From the sequence record JF770475: a stretch of DNA of 47,180 nt; one strand, 5' to 3'. The stretch is from Escherichia phage phiEB49. Each line of letters begins with the position of its first letter. Position 1 is the stretch's first letter. Below are positions 1-7,555 of the stretch, piece after piece. The translations under genes were made by a program, and so were the position numbers. Under the pieces are notes generated by a model. It saw only the letters and a list, made by a program, of their open reading frames with translations. It was not told the DNA's origin and did not search any database.

Positions 1-258
1 TTTGTGTGAAGTCATCATACCATTAAATGCAACCATTGCAAGCATTATCTACGCGTAGAAAAAAGTTATGACCTGTTATTTTTTATGGTTACGCCGCCAG
101 CCCTTGCACTGCAAGGTTGTTATACCGTAGAAAAATGTAGATTGATTTTTTACCCACCTCTTGATGCCCCTCTGGATTGCGCTTCTTGCAAGTATTTATC
201 ACCAGCGCAATATAAAAAATATCACCAATATCTCAGATAATCATGGTTACGGAATAAC

Positions 259-283
259 ATATAATAATAATAATAATAATAAT
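259..283. repeat. (ATA)7 microsatellite in AT-rich control region
   Basis: Direct read: ataataataataataataata; a shorter (ATA)3-4 copy with similar flanks lies at about 19589-19602. Confidence 0.8.
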
Positions 284-460
284 AAATCTAAAGTGTTGTT
301 ATATAAGGGATTTATTTTGTAACCAGCGCGTAAATTCGCGTGAATGTCGTAGATGTGGCTAAATGTCTACACGGTTGAACAGTTTATAACGCGTATATAA
401 AGGAAGGATCTCCGCGGGCGACAAAACCAACCAACTAGTTGATACATCCTCCTTCATTCC

Positions 461-580
461 ATCAATCTATCAATCATTGCTCAATTCGCAACAGTCCAGA
501 AAATCATTGCAAAGGATGCAATATTGCTATAAGTGCAATAGTACAGAGAATCATTGCAATATCTGCAACAATCCGTAAAT
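461..580. repeat. iteron-like cluster of ATCATTGCAA / TGCAATA repeats
   Basis: ATCATTGC at 473, 503, 550; TGCAATA at 517, 534, 555; palindrome GCAATATTGC; non-coding, between divergent gene sets. Confidence 0.6.
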
Positions 581-586
581 CTCACC

Positions 587-632
587 AATAGCACTTTTTG
601 CTAATGACCGCTCAGTCCTGATTGGGTATAGT
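587..632 (+). promoter_or_regulatory. dyad-motif promoter (TAGCA-N5-TGCTA, then TATAGT)
   Basis: Dyad core 589-603, 23-nt spacer, TATAGT 627-632, leader with GAGGAG SD before ATG 661. Confidence 0.5.
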
Positions 633-660
633 CATCACATCAACAGCGAGGAGATATAAA

Positions 661-879
661 ATGAAATCGATTATTATCAACAACGAAATCAAATTTGACG
701 AAGATGCATTGAGCCTGGCTGATATGGGCTATGAGATTGGTGAAGGGGTTGAAGTTTTTGAGCTTGGTGGAGATTACTTTATTGATGCAAAGCAAAATGT
801 TGTTATTGACGGCATTGTAGCCATTTACGAAGGTGAAGAGGTTTACGTAACAAAAGAAGAAATCGAGGTATTAGCATGA
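661..879 (+). CDS. hypothetical early protein (73 aa)
   Basis: ORF track 622..879 trimmed to ATG 661 preceded by GAGGAG SD; stop overlaps next start (ATGA). Confidence 0.5.
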   Translation: MKSIIINNEIKFDEDALSLADMGYEIGEGVEVFELGGDYFIDAKQNVVIDGIVAIYEGEEVYVTKEEIEVLA

Positions 880-1115
880 AGATTCGCTGCACTAATGTTA
901 TTCAAAGCACAGACAAGAAAGTATTAACACCATTCGTAAAAGGCTCTGTATACGACGCTGAGCAGTTAATCATTAACGGTAAGGCAATCCCGAACGAGTG
1001 GTTGATTAATGGCGCTGAGCGACCGCACAAGCACGATTCTGGATGGATTGCTATCGCTGGCTGGAAGGTTGGAATGTTTATACCTGGAATCGCAACTTTT
1101 GACGAGGTGAAATGA
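876..1115 (+). CDS. hypothetical protein (79 aa)
   Basis: ORF track; start overlaps upstream stop. Confidence 0.45.
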   Translation: MKIRCTNVIQSTDKKVLTPFVKGSVYDAEQLIINGKAIPNEWLINGAERPHKHDSGWIAIAGWKVGMFIPGIATFDEVK

Positions 1116-1268
1116 ATGCTAAAGCCATCTGATTTGAATTATTACGATCTGGAAACCATAGCGAAGTACAGCGGCAAAGGCTGGCCTGTTGGTGACTACT
1201 TTAAGGAAGACCTGATAGAGAGCTTTCAGGTTGTCCAGGAAGCAATTACAAAAGCAGCAAAGAAATAG
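1116..1268 (+). CDS. small hypothetical protein (50 aa)
   Basis: ATG immediately after upstream TGA; below ORF-track cutoff; stop lies inside next dyad motif. Confidence 0.3.
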   Translation: MLKPSDLNYYDLETIAKYSGKGWPVGDYFKEDLIESFQVVQEAITKAAKK

Positions 1269-1308
1269 CACTAATTGCTAAAGCACTTACAGAAATTTGA
1301 TGTATATT
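1264..1308 (+). promoter_or_regulatory. dyad-motif promoter
   Basis: TAGCA-ctaat-TGCTA 1266-1280, 22-nt spacer, TATATT 1303-1308, leader AACGAGAGGA before ATG 1338. Confidence 0.5.
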
Positions 1309-1337
1309 TATTTCACACCAAACGAGAGGATATAAAC

Positions 1338-1727
1338 ATGGCAACTACCATTACTAAGAACTGGGTGAGCAGCGATAACAAATTATTTAAAGCTCGCGTT
1401 AAGTTTGTTGATGAATTTGTTAATGGCGTAGTCGAGAAGGTGGGATATGAACAAATAAAGCTTAATGGGAAGTGGGTACAGAAGCCAAAGGGAGGGAGAT
1501 ACATTAATACAAAGACACTGCTTTGCACCAAGGTTGACCACAGCAATCCACTCAAAAAATCATTTACTGAGGGGAAGCGTTATCAGATCGCCATGCACGC
1601 TGGATTAGGTCGTAACGCTGGCTATATCTACGACAATGAAGGTGACGGCTGGCAGCTAACTAGAGACGATGAAGTTGGCTATGATGTTGGTTTTGGCATG
1701 TATAAATTTGAAGCTCAATATAAGTAA
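1338..1727 (+). CDS. hypothetical protein (129 aa)
   Basis: ORF track 1275..1727 trimmed to ATG 1338 with SD GAGAGGA. Confidence 0.5.
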   Translation: MATTITKNWVSSDNKLFKARVKFVDEFVNGVVEKVGYEQIKLNGKWVQKPKGGRYINTKTLLCTKVDHSNPLKKSFTEGKRYQIAMHAGLGRNAGYIYDNEGDGWQLTRDDEVGYDVGFGMYKFEAQYK

Positions 1728-1772
1728 ATAGCACTTTTTGTTAATGACACTACCCGCTCCGGCGGGTATATT
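1727..1772 (+). promoter_or_regulatory. dyad-motif promoter (variant TAGCA-N5-TGTTA) with hairpin in spacer
   Basis: Core 1729-1743; spacer holds hairpin CCCGC-tcc-GCGGG; TATATT 1767-1772; leader CATCGATAACAACGAGAGAG before ATG 1805. Confidence 0.5.
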
Positions 1773-1804
1773 TATATCCATCGATAACAACGAGAGAGAA
1801 TAAG

Positions 1805-3388
1805 ATGTTTGATTTTAACGAAGATAAGTTATCAGTAGAACAGGTAATGTCTGTTGCGGCAGCTGAGAATTTACCACCTTTGCGAGTTGCTATTAATGCA
1901 AATGGCTATCGTCAAAGCGCTTCATTCTGGAAGGCTCCGGTCGAGATTGATTCAACTGGTGATAAATATCCAGTCATCTCACTTGGAAATGATTGTGATG
2001 TTGTCGGGAAGCTATCTAGCAACATTGCACGCTCCGTTCAGTTCCCTGAATCATCTGCTTACATGCATTTTCTTGGATGCATATCAGCTGCAATGCTTGG
2101 TCGATTCACTGTTGAGTATCACGGAACTCAGCAGCCGACATCCCTGTACGTCGTAACCAGTCAGCCGCCATCAACTGGTAAATCAGCAATCAACTCACTC
2201 GCACTCGCGCCAATGATTGCAGAGACCGAGCGACTGAATGAGATTCGCAAGCGTGACCGTAAGAAGATTATGGCTAAGCTGTCAGCTCTGGCAAAAGAGA
2301 TGAAGCAGGAGAAGTCACCTTCCGAGATGGCTGGATTGTTCGAGGAAAAGGAAGAGTTAGAGGAGAAACTAGAGAAACTTTGCGATATCGTATTTCCAGT
2401 ATCAGACACTACGCCTGAAGGTCTTGCGCGAATAAACAACCGTCAGGGTAACTTCTCCGTGATTTCTGATGAAGCGACAAGTGTTAACTCATTACTCGGC
2501 ATGACATATGGCGATGGCTCGAAGAAAACAAACAGTGAACTTGTTCTTAAAGCATGGGATGCCGGTAACGTATCCATCGCACGCGCTAATGCAGAGAACA
2601 ACATGAGCTTTATCGCTATGGGCTGTATCTCAGTAATTGCTCAGGACGAAACGATCGTCGCAATCATGAATGCTGGCGCTCGCGGTATCGGTGTATCAGA
2701 GCGTTTCCTTCTTGTGCGTGAGAAGTCATTCCTTGGTGAGCGTGTTTTCGTCGATGATAATGGAGAATCAACATATGAGCCTATCGATGGCACCCTTAAA
2801 GCTGACTACTTCCGCCTGGTACATGAAATAATGAATGAGCAAGATGTGAGGCTTACCGTAAGCAATTCAGCGATGAAGCATCTCAACCGTGCGCGCCAGG
2901 AAATGGAACCTCACCTTGCAGATGGCGGTAAGTATTCACATACAATGTTGCGCGGCGCGTTAGGTAAAATGGATAAACAGGTAATTCGCATTGCGGCAGT
3001 TCTTCACACTATCCGCAATTGGTTCAACCCTAATGGCGGTAGTCCGCAGAAGTCAAGGGAGATTGAACTAGAAACGATGCAAGAGGCTTTATTGATGTTT
3101 GAAGAACTGAGTAAGACTTATTTGTCTTCCGCTAACGCGGCTGGTCACGCTGGTGATAATGCAGAGATGAATAAGCTAATTGATATCCTTATTAAGCAAG
3201 GTAAGAACAGCAAAGGAGTTGTAGGGTTGCGCTCACTATATGAAGCGGCGCGTAAGGTTAGACCGTTTGAGGCTCAGGCTGGCGTAATGGCTAAGATTAA
3301 AGACCATTTACTGCCGATGCTTGATGAGAAAAACTACACCTGCCTGACTGGCGATAAGATTTACATTAATCCACGACTGCTGGGGTGA
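1805..3388 (+). CDS. large early protein with P-loop-like motif (PSTGKS); N- and C-terminal domains shared with 46106..46648
   Basis: 527-aa ORF; N-terminus MFDF..RVAINANGYRQSA and C-terminus NSKGVVGLRSLYEAARKV..GDKIYINPRLL recur in the 180-aa paralog; function not assigned. Confidence 0.6.
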   Translation: MFDFNEDKLSVEQVMSVAAAENLPPLRVAINANGYRQSASFWKAPVEIDSTGDKYPVISLGNDCDVVGKLSSNIARSVQFPESSAYMHFLGCISAAMLGRFTVEYHGTQQPTSLYVVTSQPPSTGKSAINSLALAPMIAETERLNEIRKRDRKKIMAKLSALAKEMKQEKSPSEMAGLFEEKEELEEKLEKLCDIVFPVSDTTPEGLARINNRQGNFSVISDEATSVNSLLGMTYGDGSKKTNSELVLKAWDAGNVSIARANAENNMSFIAMGCISVIAQDETIVAIMNAGARGIGVSERFLLVREKSFLGERVFVDDNGESTYEPIDGTLKADYFRLVHEIMNEQDVRLTVSNSAMKHLNRARQEMEPHLADGGKYSHTMLRGALGKMDKQVIRIAAVLHTIRNWFNPNGGSPQKSREIELETMQEALLMFEELSKTYLSSANAAGHAGDNAEMNKLIDILIKQGKNSKGVVGLRSLYEAARKVRPFEAQAGVMAKIKDHLLPMLDEKNYTCLTGDKIYINPRLLG

Positions 3389-3545
3389 CTTATGAGAAAG
3401 ATTGAAAGTTTTGTCATGTATTCATTAATACCTATTCACTTGATTAGCATTTTGTTTTGCATACTATCATTAATCCACGACTTCTGGGGTAGATTATGAA
3501 AAATCTTAAAAACTTTATTGTGCATTCATTAATACCTTTTTTGTT
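3365..3545 (+). repeat. tandem duplication (2 copies, about 105 bp apart) covering the 3' end of the 527-aa gene and a small peptide gene
   Basis: ATTAATCCACGACT(G/T)CTGGGGT at 3365-3388 and 3469-3492, each followed by ATGA and a hydrophobic mini-ORF. Confidence 0.6.
3392..3499 (+). CDS. small hydrophobic peptide (35 aa)
   Basis: MRKIESFVMYSLIPIHLISILFCILSLIHDFWGRL; SD GGGGTGA; paralog of next ORF. Confidence 0.3.
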   Translation: MRKIESFVMYSLIPIHLISILFCILSLIHDFWGRL

Positions 3546-3585
3546 TTTCACATTTGTTTTGGTAATGACTTTAATTTATGGGTGA
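3496..3585 (+). CDS. small hydrophobic peptide (29 aa), paralog of preceding
   Basis: MKNLKNFIVHSLIPFLFFTFVLVMTLIYG; start overlaps upstream stop (ATGA). Confidence 0.3.
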   Translation: MKNLKNFIVHSLIPFLFFTFVLVMTLIYG

Positions 3586-3588
3586 TTT

Positions 3589-3924
3589 ATGTTCTTACTA
3601 GACGTTTTCAGATTTTGTGAGAGTTATGAGAGGTTTAATCGGCAGCACCTGGCGGTATTCATTTATCGCCACAAGGACTGCGAAAGAATGGCAAAAGCCG
3701 CGGGAGTTACTACACGTTACTTTGCATCATCTGCTTCAAAGGAGTTTTTGGCCAGGTGCATGACTGAAGGTTACATCGATGTGGTTAATGGTAATTACTG
3801 CAGCAAAGGCAGCACAAAGCGACCATTCGGATTCAGCTTCAGGTGCCTTAATGGTGAGAGCGATAAGTACACTAAAGAGATGATGACAATAGGTGAAATG
3901 ACAGACGACCAGCTATTTGCATAA
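3589..3924 (+). CDS. hypothetical protein (111 aa)
   Basis: ORF track; followed by bidirectional terminator. Confidence 0.5.
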   Translation: MFLLDVFRFCESYERFNRQHLAVFIYRHKDCERMAKAAGVTTRYFASSASKEFLARCMTEGYIDVVNGNYCSKGSTKRPFGFSFRCLNGESDKYTKEMMTIGEMTDDQLFA

Positions 3925-3926
3925 AA

Positions 3927-3955
3927 GAAAGGAGCCATTAGGCTCCTTTTTTGTT
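3927..3955. terminator. bidirectional intrinsic terminator between convergent genes
   Basis: AAAGGAGCC-atta-GGCTCC followed by TTTTTTG; A-run on the other side. Confidence 0.6.
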
Positions 3956-4342
3956 TCCTGCAAATCTTAAAGCGAAGTAAGTTAGCAAACCTGAAAATAA
4001 TCCAGCCAGAACTCCCCAGACTAAAGAGTCAACACCAGAATTTTCAGTGCTATGAATTTCGATCTTTTCAGCTGTTATTGTGTTAGCTGAGAGGCCCGTA
4101 GCTGCAGTCTTTTTTTGGCTTGATGAGTCTACATCTCTGTTAGTTGAGTTGCGCATATCGCTTTCTACAGAGCTAGATTTGTCTGTTTGATTTGATAATC
4201 CAATACCTGTCTTCTGGTTAGATTCACCAACCTGAGCCGTTGCCTCGATGCCATCCTTTGCTGGTAACAAATCAGAGATGGCTGACATAGCAGAGCAACC
4301 AGTCAGTAAGGTAATTGCCAGAACTACAACTCCGACACGCAT
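3938..4342 (-). CDS. unimolecular spanin (N-terminal lipoprotein signal, C-terminal TMD)
   Basis: Lipobox LLTGCS near N-terminus, hydrophobic C-terminal helix, last gene of lysis cassette and overlapping endolysin 3' end; architecture of T1 gp11-type u-spanin. Confidence 0.6.
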   Translation of the reverse strand: MRVGVVVLAITLLTGCSAMSAISDLLPAKDGIEATAQVGESNQKTGIGLSNQTDKSSSVESDMRNSTNRDVDSSSQKKTAATGLSANTITAEKIEIHSTENSGVDSLVWGVLAGLFSGLLTYFALRFAGNKKGA

Positions 4343-4809
4343 AGTTTAATCTCCGCTTTACGCCTGTTAACCAGGCCTTTGCTAACAACCTTCTTACCAC
4401 CAACGGTAATTTTATTCCACATGGAGAAAGCGTCACACCCACCACGAATATCACCACGATTCATACGCCTGATAACGGTTGAGTTGCGCATTGCGTTGGT
4501 GCCAATATTGTATGACAAGCTGTATAGTGCAGCCCTGGTGCTAACAGGAACATCAACATTTAGCGCCGAATCTACAGCCTTTTGATGAATAGACAAATGC
4601 TTTTCAAGAAGTGTGTCACACTCGCGCTGTGTGTAAACCTTACCCAGAATAACGTCTGGACCAGTAATTCCCTGGCAGACGGTCCATACCCCAGCCACAT
4701 CCTTGTAAGGCTTATATTCAACCCCTTCATACTTATTCAGGAACGGAACAGCCAAAGCCATAGCACCAGCGACTACTGAGCCTATAATCTTATTCTTAAA
4801 ACTCATCAC
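4324..4809 (-). CDS. SAR endolysin (T4-lysozyme-like muramidase with signal-arrest-release N-terminus)
   Basis: Gly/Ala-rich weakly hydrophobic N-terminus followed by YEG..D..T lysozyme catalytic region; start overlaps holin stop. Confidence 0.75.
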   Translation of the reverse strand: MMSFKNKIIGSVVAGAMALAVPFLNKYEGVEYKPYKDVAGVWTVCQGITGPDVILGKVYTQRECDTLLEKHLSIHQKAVDSALNVDVPVSTRAALYSLSYNIGTNAMRNSTVIRRMNRGDIRGGCDAFSMWNKITVGGKKVVSKGLVNRRKAEIKLCVSEL

Positions 4810-5021
4810 TTGCTCCTTATCCTCATTGCCTCACGGATATCGCCATCCTCAAGTGCCTTATGGAGCGCCTTGCTGTCCATCCAGCGCAGCCATGCGCCAA
4901 AGATACCAAAGCACACGGCTACGATTAAGCCAATAATGCCGATGATTGTATTGTCAGATAAACCGCCGCCCATAGCTACTCCGCTACCGGACAAAGCGGC
5001 TGCGTCATAGAAATGCTTCAT
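4806..5021 (-). CDS. holin (small, pinholin-like)
   Basis: 71 aa, hydrophobic TMD IIGIIGLIVAVCFGIFGAWL and charged C-terminus; immediately upstream of endolysin. Confidence 0.6.
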   Translation of the reverse strand: MKHFYDAAALSGSGVAMGGGLSDNTIIGIIGLIVAVCFGIFGAWLRWMDSKALHKALEDGDIREAMRIRSK

Positions 5022-5044
5022 GTTGCGGCCTCTTTAAGTTAATT

Positions 5045-5062
5045 TGGTTAAATAATACCAGA
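5045..5062 (-). promoter_or_regulatory. putative extended -10 promoter for lysis cassette
   Basis: Minus-strand TGGTATTAT (TGn plus TATTAT) about 30 nt upstream of holin ATG, downstream of a terminator. Confidence 0.3.
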
Positions 5063-5081
5063 CATTACACTTTGACATAAA

Positions 5082-5110
5082 CGAAAAAAGGCAGCCTTAA
5101 AGGCCGCCTG
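5082..5110 (-). terminator. intrinsic terminator (minus strand) upstream of lysis cassette
   Basis: Minus-strand GGCGGCC-tttaa-GGCTGCC followed by TTTTTT. Confidence 0.55.
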
Positions 5111-5135
5111 TTTGCAACATGATGTTTTGTATATG

Positions 5136-5309
5136 TTAGTCTGCGATAATGAATTCCACCAATTCCCCATCGGTCGGTGCGAAAATCCAGGTCATGTCAT
5201 CGCCATAAATCTTGTAGTTTCCGTCACCCTGGTACTCAGCGCTATACGGATTGTTTACAGTGAACGGCAGAGTTTTTGATTTGTTGCTTACGCAGAATAA
5301 TTTAGTCAT
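5136..5309 (-). CDS. hypothetical protein (57 aa)
   Basis: ORF track 5136..5387 trimmed to ATG 5309, directly after upstream stop. Confidence 0.4.
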   Translation of the reverse strand: MTKLFCVSNKSKTLPFTVNNPYSAEYQGDGNYKIYGDDMTWIFAPTDGELVEFIIAD

Positions 5310-5310
5310 T

Positions 5311-5496
5311 TCATTTTTCTCCAAGAGCAATAAGGATTGCGTTAGCAATTTCACGAGCATTTTTAGCGGTAAGGTTAATAGTGTCAACTTTCACATCTTC
5401 CTCGCTAGAGCCGTAAGCCTGCGCAATCTTAAATGTCTTACCAAAACCAACATCTTTAACTTCAATCTGCGCATCTGATTGTGTGAACTTAGCCAC
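5311..5496 (-). CDS. hypothetical protein (about 61 aa, GTG start)
   Basis: ORF track 5311..5562 trimmed to GTG at 5496 with conserved leader and SD GAGAGGA. Confidence 0.4.
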   Translation of the reverse strand: MAKFTQSDAQIEVKDVGFGKTFKIAQAYGSSEEDVKVDTINLTAKNAREIANAILIALGEK

Positions 5497-5528
5497 CTTT
5501 GTATCCTCTCGTTTGTTTCGATGGAGTA

Positions 5529-5573
5529 AATATAACCCATCTTTTGATTTTTGTTTTAGCAATTAGTGCTGTT
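5529..5573 (-). promoter_or_regulatory. dyad-motif promoter
   Basis: Core 5557-5571 (TAGCA-attag-TGCTG); minus-strand TATATT at 5529-5534; leader CATCGAAACAAACGAGAGGA. Confidence 0.5.
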
Positions 5574-5575
5574 TA

Positions 5576-6703
5576 TTACATGCCTGGGCGGTAAATGAAT
5601 CGACCAACCTCACCAAACTGCTTGTGGTAAACAATTACTGCAGCCTGTCGATAGCTCCTCCAACCACCACGAGCAGCGTAAGCATCCTTACTAGCTAGTG
5701 CCGGGTGAACCTCGTCAATACCAAGCGTGCACTCGGTTACTGTTGCATGATGGAAATGGCCTGAGTGGCAGTAAACGAACTCACATTCACCAAAGTCCTT
5801 GCGATAATCAGTAGCCATGGCAGCGAGTCGACCCTCGGCTTTCTTCATGGTGTGACCATGCGTATACCCAAGCAAAGTTGATCCGTAGCGAGTCTTGTGC
5901 ATGATTGCAGGACTTACATCAACATGGACTCGTGGCTCGTTGTCATAGAATGCAGCCATTGCAGCTCGAAGCCAAATCATTGATGCCTGATCGTGGTTGC
6001 CTTCAATAACCTGAATCTCAACCTCTTTATGCTTCATTGGCATCTTAGTTACAGTTGCACACAGAGATCGAATGGCAACATATACCAACTTGGCAAATCG
6101 ACTATCCTGATCAAGTACGTGCTTACTTGCTGGTGTAACCGCATCAAGACCATCAGAGTGAAGGAAATCACCACCAATCAGAAGCACTGCCTTCTCTGAA
6201 TTTGGAGCTTTGCTAATTGAATAGTCAAAGTATGAGTTCATCAACTTTTCAGCTGTTGCCGTGTCGTAGTTCTCACCAGCCTCGTGGGCGTGAGCCATCA
6301 TGCCAATGTGAATGTCAAAAACCGGGTAAAGCGTTAACGTCTCATCGAAATCAACTTTATCACTCTCAACAACTTCAGCCTTCGGGAGTTCTGAGCAAAA
6401 TGCCTCTTTTGCTTGAGCCATAATCTCTTCAAGTCGCTCATTATCAATACTAGTCTTCACCCAGCGAATCTTCTCGTTACCTTCAGCATCAATCATGGTT
6501 GAAGTTCCTTTAACCATGTAGCCATCTGGAACTAGCTTCTTGATACCTTCATTTCCGTGACCATCACCAGCTTTAGCTAGCTTGCTGCGACGAAGCTCAA
6601 CGTTACGAATATTCATACCGTACTTCTCTGCGATTGCCTTGTTAGTCATACCGTTAGCCAATTCTTGCTTTAACTCTTCGTTGGTTATTTTAGCGATAGC
6701 CAT
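5576..6703 (-). CDS. calcineurin-like metallophosphoesterase with N-terminal HTH-like domain
   Basis: Motifs DIHIG, GGDFLH, GNHD, GHTH, HSGHFH; N-terminal 45 aa resemble a DNA-binding helix-turn-helix. Confidence 0.7.
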   Translation of the reverse strand: MAIAKITNEELKQELANGMTNKAIAEKYGMNIRNVELRRSKLAKAGDGHGNEGIKKLVPDGYMVKGTSTMIDAEGNEKIRWVKTSIDNERLEEIMAQAKEAFCSELPKAEVVESDKVDFDETLTLYPVFDIHIGMMAHAHEAGENYDTATAEKLMNSYFDYSISKAPNSEKAVLLIGGDFLHSDGLDAVTPASKHVLDQDSRFAKLVYVAIRSLCATVTKMPMKHKEVEIQVIEGNHDQASMIWLRAAMAAFYDNEPRVHVDVSPAIMHKTRYGSTLLGYTHGHTMKKAEGRLAAMATDYRKDFGECEFVYCHSGHFHHATVTECTLGIDEVHPALASKDAYAARGGWRSYRQAAVIVYHKQFGEVGRFIYRPGM

Positions 6704-6782
6704 TATTTAATTTCCTGTTAGCAGATTATGAAGTACATGATTATAAAGGTTAATGGCATAGCCATCAACGGTAGTAATGTTT

Positions 6783-6986
6783 TCATTGAGCAATTGACCA
6801 GTCAAGGTATTCCTTGTCAACTAGGTCTATCGATATAACATCGCCAGTGTCATCCTCTATGTATACTATGCAGTAGAAGTCGCTATCAACCTTCTTTACA
6901 TCATAAACCTTGCCAATTGTCAGGAAAGTTAAGAAGAAGTCGTGAAGACCTGTACCAAAAGTTACGTCATTTAATTTTACTTTCAT
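6783..6986 (-). CDS. hypothetical protein (67 aa)
   Basis: ORF track; preceded by dyad promoter and conserved leader. Confidence 0.45.
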   Translation of the reverse strand: MKVKLNDVTFGTGLHDFFLTFLTIGKVYDVKKVDSDFYCIVYIEDDTGDVISIDLVDKEYLDWSIAQ

Positions 6987-7021
6987 TGCCTTACTCTCTC
7001 ATCTCTCGTTTCGATGAACGC

Positions 7022-7066
7022 ACTATACGCCATCATTGGCGATGCGTTTTAACAAAAAGTGCTATT
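7022..7066 (-). promoter_or_regulatory. dyad-motif promoter with hairpin in spacer
   Basis: Core 7050-7064 (TAACA-N5-TGCTA); spacer hairpin CGCCA-atga-TGGCG; minus TATAGT 7022-7027; leader TTCATCGAAACGAGAG. Confidence 0.5.
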
Positions 7067-7319
7067 TAATCTCTTTTAGCCAGTAATCAAGAAACTCAGT
7101 TTCTAGCGCCGCTACTGCTGGTGAGTACTCGCTAGGCATCATCATATTGCAGCCTGGAGAGTAATACATCAGCTCAGCCTTACCCACTTCAATTTGCACC
7201 AGCACATCAAGGTAGTCTGGTGGAATCCAATCAGAGAAGGGAATCTTCCTGTAAGGTTCCTCACCAAAAAAAACAACTGGATACTTACTCTCATCAAAAT
7301 CAAGACCTGGTAAATTCAT
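7062..7319 (-). CDS. hypothetical protein (85 aa)
   Basis: ORF track. Confidence 0.45.
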   Translation of the reverse strand: MNLPGLDFDESKYPVVFFGEEPYRKIPFSDWIPPDYLDVLVQIEVGKAELMYYSPGCNMMMPSEYSPAVAALETEFLDYWLKEIK

Positions 7320-7555
7320 TTCTTAGCACCCTTCTTAAATATCTTCTTACCTTCCTCGCGATACATCGCGAGGCTAGGCGTCGCTGGAACCCTTACATAC
7401 TTACGCGGACGCTGGTTCATGTAACTAAACTTCCCGTTAAAAACTACGGATATGTCATCAATATCAAAATGCTTGCTTATCATCTTAATATCATCCTGCA
7501 AACCCGCCTCTCCGCAGTGCGCCCATACCGCGGCGCGTCCGGTTTCAACTATCAT
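7316..7555 (-). CDS. hypothetical protein (79 aa)
   Basis: ORF track; start overlaps upstream stop. Confidence 0.45.
   Translation of the reverse strand: MIVETGRAAVWAHCGEAGLQDDIKMISKHFDIDDISVVFNGKFSYMNQRPRKYVRVPATPSLAMYREEGKKIFKKGAKK

Noticed and set aside
259-283. (ATA)n tract or the dyad repeats as a CRISPR array
   Set aside because: No regularly spaced direct repeats of 25-40 bp with unique spacers; the dyads are dispersed genome-wide at promoters.
587-632. Reading TTGCTA in the dyad as a sigma70 -35 hexamer
   Set aside because: Spacing to the -10 hexamer is 19-23 nt across copies, outside the 16-18 nt window for a -35/-10 pair; the dyad fits an upstream factor-binding site better.
1854-2439. 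ORFs 1854..2156 (+) and 2161..2439 (-) inside the 527-aa gene
   Set aside because: Fully nested in a longer ORF with conserved domains; no RBS and low-complexity products; likely frame artefacts.
1805-3388. Intein hypothesis for the 350-aa insertion in the 527-aa protein relative to its 180-aa paralog
   Set aside because: No Cys/Ser/Thr at the putative N-extein junction followed by a C-terminal His-Asn motif; the insert carries a P-loop-like motif, so it looks like a genuine core domain.
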